Shown in pieces: positions 10,107-17,959 of a stretch of 25,696 bases of DNA. The notes under the pieces are model-generated. The model had not been told where the DNA came from, ran no database searches, and worked only from the letters and a program-made list of their open reading frames with translations. This DNA comes from an uncultured archaeon (GTDB lineage Archaea; EX4484-52; B79-G9). Position 1 is the first letter of the stretch; every line of letters begins with the position of its first letter. The stretch spans positions 1-25,696 of the forward strand of contig CBDUVR010000001.1 of the NCBI GenBank assembly GCA_965370705.1. The letters are read 5' to 3'. Position numbers and translations under genes: made by a program.

Positions 10107-11750
10107 ATGAATGTATGTCCAACAATTGGTTCAATGAAAACAGTGGATTCTTTAGCGAATGCGGTGTATGAATCTTACGTTCGCACAAATGAAAGGCTGA
10201 ATAATGACCCTATGTGGAAAAAAAGGGTGCTTTCCAACAGGAAAAAGATTGCGAGCCACATAAAGAAGTTCCATAAGGATTCCGGTACACTGACTTTTGG
10301 GGTGCGGGAAAAGCTGGAGATACTGCGCAGTAAAAATGACTGCATATTCCTGATGAGTGCACATCAGACAAATTTTGTACCTTACTCCGGGGTTGTGAGG
10401 AAAACTACGCTGATGCATGCTGTAAAAGAAAAGCTTGCGCGGTTGAGTGGCGTGGAGGTGGTTGAGTTCTACGGGGTTGCCAACCAGGACATCGCATCAT
10501 CATGGCCATGGCTGAAAATGACACAATTTCCCAGCATCTTCCATAAAAACGGTGTTTTTGAACTTTCATATGAAATGAAAAAAGAGTATGAAATGAAGAT
10601 GCATGCTGCTGTCCCTAATCCTGATTGGAGCGATATCTTAAAATGGGGCGGTGATACGAGAGAATGGATGAAAGTCTGCCTGAATTATATTGAAAATAGC
10701 GGATGCACTGTTGAGCCTGATAGCAAAAATGAACTTTATCGCAATTATGAACTGTTTATGGGTATATTCAAGGAGTCAATGGAGTCTGCCCGGAATTTTG
10801 CTGAGTTTAATGCCATCATGCTTTCAAAGATTGTGAATAATCATTTTTGCCATGACACTCTTTTTTCACTTTTTACTGACTGCCAAAAGGTTTTTGACAA
10901 AGAGTTCCTGTTTTTGCTTGAAAATTACAGGAAATATTATTCGTGTCTTGCTGATATCAATGGTATACAGAAGCAAGATATGATTGCTCCGTTCTGGTAT
11001 CATTGCGAGTGTCTTGGAAAGGTTGAGCTTGGGATTATGGAAGAGAAGGATGTGCTGAAGTTATCCGGAAAGTGTCCGGCATGCGGCAAAGTGCATTCTT
11101 TCGCGCTTAGTAAGGATAATATGGCTTCGGATTTTTCAATGATTTCGAAGCATATATCTGCAAGGGCAAGGCCTATGACTATTGTGTTTTTCGAGGGGCT
11201 TTCAGTGAATATGTATGTCGGGGGCGCACTTGCAGGCAAATGCTATTTGAAAGAAGCAAAACATATTGCTGATAACATGAAGCTGAATTTCCCGCCTGTT
11301 GCTGTCTGGCGGCCGAAGGATACGTATAGTGGTCTTGGCCAGCTTTCGTGTGAATTGTTTGAAAAGAGCGCATGTGACGGCCGCAGTCTTGAGGATACTA
11401 TTTACTGTCTTGGAAGTGAGATTAATATGATTAATGAGCGGATTAGCGGGATTGATGCGCTTATAAAACGCACAACTTCGATGCATGAGCGCAATAAGCT
11501 TATCGCAGAAAAAAACAGTATTCGCAAAGAGTATGATCTGAAACTGTATTCAAAGAAATTGTCTGATCTGAAGAAGATTCCAAACGCGCAGTCTGTAATT
11601 CCGTCTATCATGGATTATGCGATAAATATCGGACTTGAGAGGACGCGCGACAAATGGCGCGAACATCTGATGAACAACGGCAACCTGGCAGAGGACATAA
11701 TCATGGATTCAGTATTAAAATACAGAGGTAATGAACATGGCGCACAATGA
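10107..11750 (+). CDS. BshC-like putative amine-acylating (amino acid) ligase with Zn ribbon and C-terminal coiled coil
   Basis: Motifs colinear with BshC as recalled: EKLEILRSKNDCIFLMSAHQ (cf. ENIExLxxxxxxvvtGQQ), PYSGVVRK (cf. PLYTxxK), VEVVEFYGVANQD (cf. vPVFWiAxEDHD), ARP...YVGG (cf. RP...ayvGG), FPPVAVWRP (cf. MPxvvPR). Similar length to BshC and a late coiled coil. HQTNFVPY also resembles the WbqC HQPNFxPW motif. Confidence 0.6.
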   Translation: MNVCPTIGSMKTVDSLANAVYESYVRTNERLNNDPMWKKRVLSNRKKIASHIKKFHKDSGTLTFGVREKLEILRSKNDCIFLMSAHQTNFVPYSGVVRKTTLMHAVKEKLARLSGVEVVEFYGVANQDIASSWPWLKMTQFPSIFHKNGVFELSYEMKKEYEMKMHAAVPNPDWSDILKWGGDTREWMKVCLNYIENSGCTVEPDSKNELYRNYELFMGIFKESMESARNFAEFNAIMLSKIVNNHFCHDTLFSLFTDCQKVFDKEFLFLLENYRKYYSCLADINGIQKQDMIAPFWYHCECLGKVELGIMEEKDVLKLSGKCPACGKVHSFALSKDNMASDFSMISKHISARARPMTIVFFEGLSVNMYVGGALAGKCYLKEAKHIADNMKLNFPPVAVWRPKDTYSGLGQLSCELFEKSACDGRSLEDTIYCLGSEINMINERISGIDALIKRTTSMHERNKLIAEKNSIRKEYDLKLYSKKLSDLKKIPNAQSVIPSIMDYAINIGLERTRDKWREHLMNNGNLAEDIIMDSVLKYRGNEHGAQ

Positions 11751-12348
11751 ACTTGTAATCAAAAACTACAACACATGGATAAAAGAAAACCCCGGCATAA
11801 GCATAATGGGCTACGGCAGTGAACAGTCACAGGACATACGGTTTAATATGCTTTTTAAGGTCGGTGATATGAATGAGAGGACGATTCTTGATGTCGGATG
11901 CGGAAGAGGTGATTTTGCAGCAAAAGCAACACAGAAAGGAATAAAATACAAAAAATACTTAGGTACAGACATAGTCCCGAAGATGATAGAGATTGCAAAA
12001 AAAACAAATACTGCCAAAAATACTGAATTCAAAGTAATGGATATTTTGAATTGCAGTGAAAAGCTGTCTTTTGATTATGTTATCATGTGCGGTCCAATGA
12101 ATCTCAAGACACCGCATACTGAGGATATTGCAAAAAAGCTAATAAAAAGGGCATTTGAGATTGCAAAAATCGGTGTTGCATTTAATATGACCAGTGTTTT
12201 TGGTGATGTCGAGTACAGGACAGATCATACGCACTACTTCGACCCGTTTGATGTCCTGCGGTTTTGCAGTACTATGACGAGGAATCTGGCTTTTGACCAT
12301 ACGTATCTGCCGCACGATTTTACGGTTTTTATGTATAAGAAATCATAG
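11731..12348 (+). CDS. Class I SAM-dependent methyltransferase (glycan-locus type)
   Basis: ILDVGCGRGD, YLGTDIVPKMI and FDYVIMCG. Overlaps the upstream gene by 20 bp. Confidence 0.9.
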   Translation: MNMAHNELVIKNYNTWIKENPGISIMGYGSEQSQDIRFNMLFKVGDMNERTILDVGCGRGDFAAKATQKGIKYKKYLGTDIVPKMIEIAKKTNTAKNTEFKVMDILNCSEKLSFDYVIMCGPMNLKTPHTEDIAKKLIKRAFEIAKIGVAFNMTSVFGDVEYRTDHTHYFDPFDVLRFCSTMTRNLAFDHTYLPHDFTVFMYKKS

Positions 12349-12433
12349 GATATTGGTGATAATTGGAGAATCCTAAGCTTTTTGATTGCCGGTTCATACT
12401 TTATATGCAATAAAAAAGGGAAATATGAGTGAA

Positions 12434-12718
12434 CTATTCTGATTCATCGTCTAAGTTGGGTTGCGCAACCTGCGCCGCCCTTAGCATTATGTCATCTTTG
12501 TGGGCTGCGCTTTCTTTTATTTTTTCTGCAAATTCTATTGCCTTTTCTGTGTTGCCGAGTTTGAGATAATTGTCTGCTATGTGCCAGATAAGAAATTCGT
12601 CATCGGGATGGTTTTCAAGCATGGATAGGTTGATTTTGAGGATTTCGCCCCAGTTTTTTTGAAAATGTGCTTCAGTTGCTCTCTTAAGTGTTTCTGCATC
12701 ATATATCGGATGGACCAT
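12434..12718 (-). CDS. Small TPR-like helical protein
   Basis: HPDDEFLIWHIADNYLKLGNTEKAIEFAEKI fits a TPR pattern. GGGAGGTG SD lies 5 nt before the ATG. Confidence 0.7.
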   Translation of the reverse strand: MVHPIYDAETLKRATEAHFQKNWGEILKINLSMLENHPDDEFLIWHIADNYLKLGNTEKAIEFAEKIKESAAHKDDIMLRAAQVAQPNLDDESE

Positions 12719-12723
12719 TACAA

Positions 12724-12731
12724 CACCTCCC
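12724..12731 (-). promoter_or_regulatory. Shine-Dalgarno GGGAGGTG for the TPR gene
   Basis: Near-perfect complement of the archaeal 16S 3' end, 5 nt from ATG 12718. Confidence 0.7.
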
Positions 12732-12952
12732 TTTATATAGGATCTAAGATAAAATAATATATAGAAGTAGAAGTATTAATATTTATTACTCATATTTTTT
12801 ATCGTATATAAACTATACACGATAAAATCTGCGGAAATTCAATGCAATTTGTGCATTTCCTGTACCTTTCATCTATGCTATTGTTGCGAAAGGAAGCTTA
12901 AAATTGAAATTGGAGAATCATATGGTTATTTTATGATTTTAGGGTGATTTGT

Positions 12953-13483
12953 ATGGTCTGGGCAAGGACGAAACTCGTAATATTTGATAATCTTTATGAA
13001 CAGGGAGAAAAGGATATTCTTTTTAATTATTCGGGGCCGCACCCTGAAAAGTTCTATAATAAAGTGCGGGCCATGATGCACGATATTTTTAATGTGCCTG
13101 CAGGGCGCATCCAGGAGATGAACTATACATGGGAAACACAGAATAATGCAGACAAGTTCAACATACGGTGGCGTACTGTTAAAGAAATGGATATTTACAC
13201 GTACTTGAGATATGATGTGATAATTACCGGCACTTCTTCTAACGGGGAAGGATCTGTTTCCATAAGGCTAAAGCCAAGAATTGTAACTGAATATCCACAG
13301 GATACATTGATTCAGCAGTCTATACTGTATGAGATGGCGCGGCGTTTCTGGCATAATATGTTTTATGCCAAACAGAGGCAAAAGTGGATGGAGATGGGCA
13401 GGGACCTGGCTTCTGAGTTTGAAAACACTTTAAAGGAATACGGGGAGGAGTTGAGGCATCATGCCCGTGTTAAAGTACAGTGA
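12953..13483 (+). CDS. Hypothetical protein, first of a tandem paralog pair
   Basis: GGTGA at 12943-12947 plus a 5-nt spacer places the start at ATG 12953 rather than GTG 12944. Alpha/beta pattern shared with the next ORF. Confidence 0.75.
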   Translation: MVWARTKLVIFDNLYEQGEKDILFNYSGPHPEKFYNKVRAMMHDIFNVPAGRIQEMNYTWETQNNADKFNIRWRTVKEMDIYTYLRYDVIITGTSSNGEGSVSIRLKPRIVTEYPQDTLIQQSILYEMARRFWHNMFYAKQRQKWMEMGRDLASEFENTLKEYGEELRHHARVKVQ

Positions 13484-13970
13484 TGAACTCACTCACGAGA
13501 CAGACAATGTTGTCATAAGCTACAAGGGGAAGGAACCGTTTCGCATCAGACGGCATGTGGAAAGTATTCTCAGGTCTACGCTTGAAATTGATGCGCCGAA
13601 GTTTTATCTGCATTATATTGCATGGGATGTTACCGATGGTGCTTATAAGGGTGAGTGGAGAGCTTATAAGCCCTGGGACAGATGGACAGGCATAAATATA
13701 ATTGTGCGAACATGGGGACAGCAGACGCTGGGGGATCCTGAAAAGAACGGGTGGATGAAACTGAAACTGATAGGCACACTTGATACAAAATATGAATACA
13801 CACACAGCATTCAAAAGAGTTTGTGGTGGTCGTATAATTATCTTTTTTATAATAAGAATCGCTCGAATACATTTGAGGAAGCGAGGGATTTTTATTTCAG
13901 GGTTCTTGCTGAGATAAAAAAGCTTTACGGGATATACAGGAAAGAAGAGGCTGTGGCACCGAAGATTTAA
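13461..13970 (+). CDS. Hypothetical protein, second of a tandem paralog pair
   Basis: 169 aa, overlaps the upstream paralog by 23 bp. Shared pattern: ISYKGKEP vs FNYSGPHP, YIAWD vs YTWE, LDTKY vs IVTEY, IQKSL vs IQQSI, YLFYNKNR vs NMFYAKQR. Confidence 0.8.
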   Translation: MPVLKYSDELTHETDNVVISYKGKEPFRIRRHVESILRSTLEIDAPKFYLHYIAWDVTDGAYKGEWRAYKPWDRWTGINIIVRTWGQQTLGDPEKNGWMKLKLIGTLDTKYEYTHSIQKSLWWSYNYLFYNKNRSNTFEEARDFYFRVLAEIKKLYGIYRKEEAVAPKI

Positions 13971-14476
13971 TCTCCTCTGAGCCTGTCCTGTATGTTCTTC
14001 AGAAGGTCAAGTATGTGCTCGTTTTGGGTTCTTAAGTCTTTTATTTCCAGAAGAATTGTGTTCACATCTGCCTGTCCGGTGCCTGCTCCGCTTGTTATTC
14101 GAGACTGATTGAAAAATTCTCTTTTTTGTTCATCTGTTGAGTGGTTGGTTTCTGGCATTTGCAAGGGCTTGTCTGGTTGTGGGGGGGGTCTGTCGGCGCC
14201 TTTTGGAAGCGTAAGCGGGTCATTGATGTCAAGCATTTGTTGATTCTGTACTCCTGGTTCCATTAGCGCGGTGGGGGGTTCCGCCTGGTTCTCAAGTTTG
14301 TAGTTGCTGCTTAGCTGCTCTTTTTCCGGGGACTGTCTGCTGCTGCCTTCCAGTACTTTTTTTGAGTATGAACCGGAGTCGTCAAATGCCTCGTCTATTT
14401 CCTGATCTATGCTTTTTTTGTGGAATTTTGTTTTCAACTTGTCTACAAAGCCGAGGTTTAGACTTATTATGATCAC
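13967..14476 (-). CDS. Hypothetical protein: basic N-terminus, disordered P/Q-rich middle, short C-terminal coiled coil
   Basis: Open 169-aa frame ending ILLEIKDLRTQNEHILDLLKNIQDRL. Start uncertain because the GTG lies inside a GGTGA SD-like motif. Confidence 0.7.
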   Translation of the reverse strand: MIIISLNLGFVDKLKTKFHKKSIDQEIDEAFDDSGSYSKKVLEGSSRQSPEKEQLSSNYKLENQAEPPTALMEPGVQNQQMLDINDPLTLPKGADRPPPQPDKPLQMPETNHSTDEQKREFFNQSRITSGAGTGQADVNTILLEIKDLRTQNEHILDLLKNIQDRLRGD

Positions 14477-14565
14477 CTGTCTCTATTCAAAAATTATTTA
14501 TTCTGGCTAATGTAATATATTATTATTATGTTGGATTATATATATTTTGGATTTTTGTGTGAAGT

Positions 14566-16632
14566 ATGGATGAAAAATTGAGGGAAAAGTTTGTTGATGA
14601 GAGATGGACGAAAAGCAATGAGCCTGTGGGCTATATTGTAGGGGTTACCCCGGGGTTTTCGCAGTTTGAGCAGGGTGAGGAGAAGCTCACGAACATGGGG
14701 CTTGCAAGAAAAATAATGAAAGCTGCCCGTCTCGGGTTTGATTTCTGCCAGATTGATTATGAAGCTCTTTCTGAGATGTTTGAGGCTGATATTAAAGAGC
14801 AGATTGCGCATATCAAGAGCAGCCAGGGGAATATTGATACAGGCAGGAAGTTCGAGGTTGGCCTGCACCTCCAGACAGACCTTGATCTGTGCATTGCAGG
14901 GGCTTATGAATGGAAGATCATGCATGATCGACTTACCAAGGGCGCGTATTCTGCAAGAAGGCTGGTTGAGGCAAAATATTTCCTGTTTCATACTTCGTCG
15001 CGCATACGCCCGCATGTGACGTTTGATGTAGGGCAGCAGGAGCCGAGGGTTGCTTTGTATTCATTTGACGGGAAGAATCTGGCGCAGTTCATGCAGGAGG
15101 TAGATGATGGCACATACGTGGATCCTGCAAGAGGCTCGGTAACATGCCCCACATCAACTCCTGACGGTACAAAATTCGTAAGCATGCAGGATTGGTTCAT
15201 GGGCCGGTTCATAACCATACTTTTCAATGCTATGGGTGCGCCAGCGGATGTAAGCAGTGTCGCATTCTTCGATAACTTTATGCTAGAACAAAACGGTACT
15301 GGTTTTCAAGAGGGATATGACAAAAATGTAGTACAGTACCAGAAACTTATAGCTGAATTGACCAAAGAAATTAATATACGAAAACGTAATATGAGCATTG
15401 AATGGAAAAATAAACAAACGCAACTTTTAATGCAAAAGCAATATCTTCAACAAAAAAATATAGTAGTACCCGCACAAATTGAAATTGATCTTAAAGAGAT
15501 CGAAACAGAGATACAAACCTTAAATTCTGGCTCTATGGAGACTGAAATACAAAATAGAGTATTAACAGAAAGAAAAGATATTGAACAAGGAATCAAAGAT
15601 GTTAACACCGTAAGACAATATCTCGAGAGAACCGACTTCAACGACGTCTTCGACTTCTGGCGCAGGCACGGCTCAGAAGCAGAAGAGCAGGTGGCATACC
15701 GCATCATTGCAAAGTACATGTGGCTGACACATGACCCGTTGTGGGCAGATATCGTCGGCATGCAATATGACCCGGACCAGATAACGTGGCGCAATGAACT
15801 CGGGTATGAATACTACTCAAAAGACAAAAAATCACAGGAGAAGAATGGCCCTACACTAAAAATACTTGTTGAAAAACTGATCACTGCTGTTGCTGCGAAG
15901 TATATCCAGGGGCATCTTTTTGTGAAACATGAAAGATGGTCTATGAAAATGGATGACAAGGAGTTAACATCTGACATATCTGTATATGAATACACTAAGG
16001 AATCCGGTATGAAGATATATATTGAAACAGCAATGCCGCCGCAGGGACAGGAAGGGCAGCTGAGGATCATGAGCGCCAATGACCATGTGAAACTTGTGAA
16101 AAATCTTGATAAAGGCGTTATCACTTCATATTGCGTTGACTTTGAGCACCTTACAGTAAACTACATCCGCGTCAATGAGGACATAGAATCCCTGAAAGAC
16201 GGCGACGCCAAATATATAACTATGGTGCATATTAATGCGCCGCGCCCTATCATGGGCGCCCATGCCCCGGTCGAGAGGCTGTCGCGCGATATGCAGGTAA
16301 TATATCGCTGGCTGTACCTGATGAGACAGAAGGGGATGAAAAATTCTTATCTTATATGGGAGATGGGCTCATATGGTGTAAAGGAAAGCGCGGTGGCTTT
16401 CAGGAACCTTATGCATGAGTTAAGCAAGGATACTGACCCGCTCAAGCTGCCAAAGGAATTTTACGGGATTGATGAGATGTTTGAACAGCAGCAGTGGGTA
16501 AATATGAGAGAGCATGCGTATGATGCGCTCAAGGGTGTGATAGCAAACCCTGAAGAGGATCATGGCCTCTTGTCTACTGAGGCTGTGAAGAAGAACAAGC
16601 TTGCTGAGTGGCTTGCCGGCAGGTACAAGTAA
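14566..16632 (+). CDS. Endonuclease IV/xylose isomerase-like TIM-barrel metalloprotein with a large internal insertion
   Basis: Ordered metal-ligand motifs EVGLHL, LFHTS, YIETA, CVDFEH, MVHIN, GAHAP and IWEMG. About 340 aa, including a coiled coil, lie between FHT and IET. Confidence 0.7.
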   Translation: MDEKLREKFVDERWTKSNEPVGYIVGVTPGFSQFEQGEEKLTNMGLARKIMKAARLGFDFCQIDYEALSEMFEADIKEQIAHIKSSQGNIDTGRKFEVGLHLQTDLDLCIAGAYEWKIMHDRLTKGAYSARRLVEAKYFLFHTSSRIRPHVTFDVGQQEPRVALYSFDGKNLAQFMQEVDDGTYVDPARGSVTCPTSTPDGTKFVSMQDWFMGRFITILFNAMGAPADVSSVAFFDNFMLEQNGTGFQEGYDKNVVQYQKLIAELTKEINIRKRNMSIEWKNKQTQLLMQKQYLQQKNIVVPAQIEIDLKEIETEIQTLNSGSMETEIQNRVLTERKDIEQGIKDVNTVRQYLERTDFNDVFDFWRRHGSEAEEQVAYRIIAKYMWLTHDPLWADIVGMQYDPDQITWRNELGYEYYSKDKKSQEKNGPTLKILVEKLITAVAAKYIQGHLFVKHERWSMKMDDKELTSDISVYEYTKESGMKIYIETAMPPQGQEGQLRIMSANDHVKLVKNLDKGVITSYCVDFEHLTVNYIRVNEDIESLKDGDAKYITMVHINAPRPIMGAHAPVERLSRDMQVIYRWLYLMRQKGMKNSYLIWEMGSYGVKESAVAFRNLMHELSKDTDPLKLPKEFYGIDEMFEQQQWVNMREHAYDALKGVIANPEEDHGLLSTEAVKKNKLAEWLAGRYK

Positions 16633-16634
16633 CG

Positions 16635-16736
16635 AGTTGTGTTCTTATGTGTCCTGATGAGACTGACGGTTATCTCGATGAGCATGCGAGAAAGAAAAAG
16701 AAAGGCAGCGTGTGGGAAAGAGAGAAATACAGGTGA
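16635..16736 (+). pseudogene. Relic or cryptic diverged copy of the C-terminal tail of the upstream TIM-barrel gene
   Basis: This frame reads (SC)VLMCPDETDGYLDEHARKKKKGSVWEREKYR* and aligns without gaps to VIANPEEDHGLLSTEAVKKNKLAEWLAGRYK*. The two stop codons are 104 nt apart, and an in-frame ATG sits at 16647. Confidence 0.65.
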
Positions 16737-16744
16737 GCTTAGTG

Positions 16745-17959
16745 TTAGCGCACAAGTTCAGGGCTTGGCTTCCAGTCTGCTTTGTTGTATTCGTCTATGA
16801 TTCTTTCATATGTGCTTTTTGTCATGTTTGCAATGTTCTGCCAGTTGTATGTGCTTTTTACAGTATTGTATGCGTTGGTCACTATATTTTCTTTTAAGCC
16901 ATTGTCTTTGAGAACCCGACTGATCCCGATCGCGAGTGATTCTGAGTGGCCGGACCATACTTTCAGACCGTTTACTTCATGCTGGATTATTTCTGATAAT
17001 CCCCCTGTGTCTGATGCCACGACGGGCGTCCTTGATGCCATACCTTCAAGCGCTACAATGCCGAAGGGCTCATAGCGCGAAGGAATAACAACTACATCTG
17101 AGATGTGCAAGAGCGCATCAAGGGTATCATCATCTGTATAGCCTGTGAATAAGACTTTGTTTCCCAAGCCCATCTGGTTTGTCAGGTCCCTGCATTTTTC
17201 GGTCATGTAGCCTTCGCCTGTAATTACGAATTTTGCTTCAGGAACTTCTTTCAGTACAGACCCGACTGCTCCAACAAGCACGTCAACACCTTTTTCCCAT
17301 ACGTGCCTCCCGACGAAGAATACGATTTTCTCATACGGGAGGGCAAACTTGTTTCTTATTTCTGCATAGCGATCATAATTGAAATCATATTTGGACATGT
17401 TCACTCCGTTGGGTATTACATCGATTTTATCCCATGGTGTGTAGAATGATGAGCATACGCTTTGCTTCATGAAATTTGAGCAGGTGATTACACGCCATGA
17501 TTCATATACCATCTTCCTTTCTATGTCGCGTATCAGTTCCTGGCGGTCTTCATATATCCCGCCGCGGCGGCCTTCTTCAAGTGAATGTATTGTCGAGAGT
17601 AATGGGATTCTGTAGATATGCTTGAGGCCAATTGCTGCTGTTGCAACAAGCCAGTCATGCGCATGTATCAAGGAGATATCTTTGAATTCTTCGATGACTT
17701 TGCTTGCCTGGTTCTGCATCAGGACATTCATCTGGAGTGCCCATGAGGGGAAGTCTTCTGCAGGTATGTTGTCTGCATCAAAGCGGAATACATGAACCCC
17801 GTCTATGTTTTCATAGCCCTGGCTGCCTGAGAAAGCGCATGCAATGACGATGGGCTCTATCCCTGCTTTTACCTGTGCACGTGTCAGGTCATCTACATGC
17901 GTTCCAAGCCCGCCTACTTTATGCGGTGGATATTCTGATGTCAGGTGAAGTATTTTCAT
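16745..17959 (-). CDS. GT4 glycosyltransferase, probable alpha-glucan/glycogen synthase-type
   Basis: SEYPPHKVGGLG, IHAHDWL, FVGRHVWEKG and PSRYEPFGIVALE (EX7E). Confidence 0.9.
   Translation of the reverse strand: MKILHLTSEYPPHKVGGLGTHVDDLTRAQVKAGIEPIVIACAFSGSQGYENIDGVHVFRFDADNIPAEDFPSWALQMNVLMQNQASKVIEEFKDISLIHAHDWLVATAAIGLKHIYRIPLLSTIHSLEEGRRGGIYEDRQELIRDIERKMVYESWRVITCSNFMKQSVCSSFYTPWDKIDVIPNGVNMSKYDFNYDRYAEIRNKFALPYEKIVFFVGRHVWEKGVDVLVGAVGSVLKEVPEAKFVITGEGYMTEKCRDLTNQMGLGNKVLFTGYTDDDTLDALLHISDVVVIPSRYEPFGIVALEGMASRTPVVASDTGGLSEIIQHEVNGLKVWSGHSESLAIGISRVLKDNGLKENIVTNAYNTVKSTYNWQNIANMTKSTYERIIDEYNKADWKPSPELVR

Noticed and set aside
12833-12860. GGAAAT...ATTTCC hairpin in the TPR/paralog intergenic region
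   Set aside because: Short competing stems in AT-rich DNA, compatible with chance.
16652-16700. Hammerhead ribozyme-like CTGATGAG core
   Set aside because: Stem II is not followed by GAAA (it reads CTC-GATG) and there are no plausible stems I/III. The sequence is explained as codons P-D-E of the cryptic tail.
16745-17959. GT4 as the missing BshA completing a bacillithiol pathway with the LmbE and BshC-like genes
   Set aside because: It lies in a separate opposite-strand cluster with glycogen genes and has the glucan-synthase-type KVGG motif. Not excluded, but unsupported.
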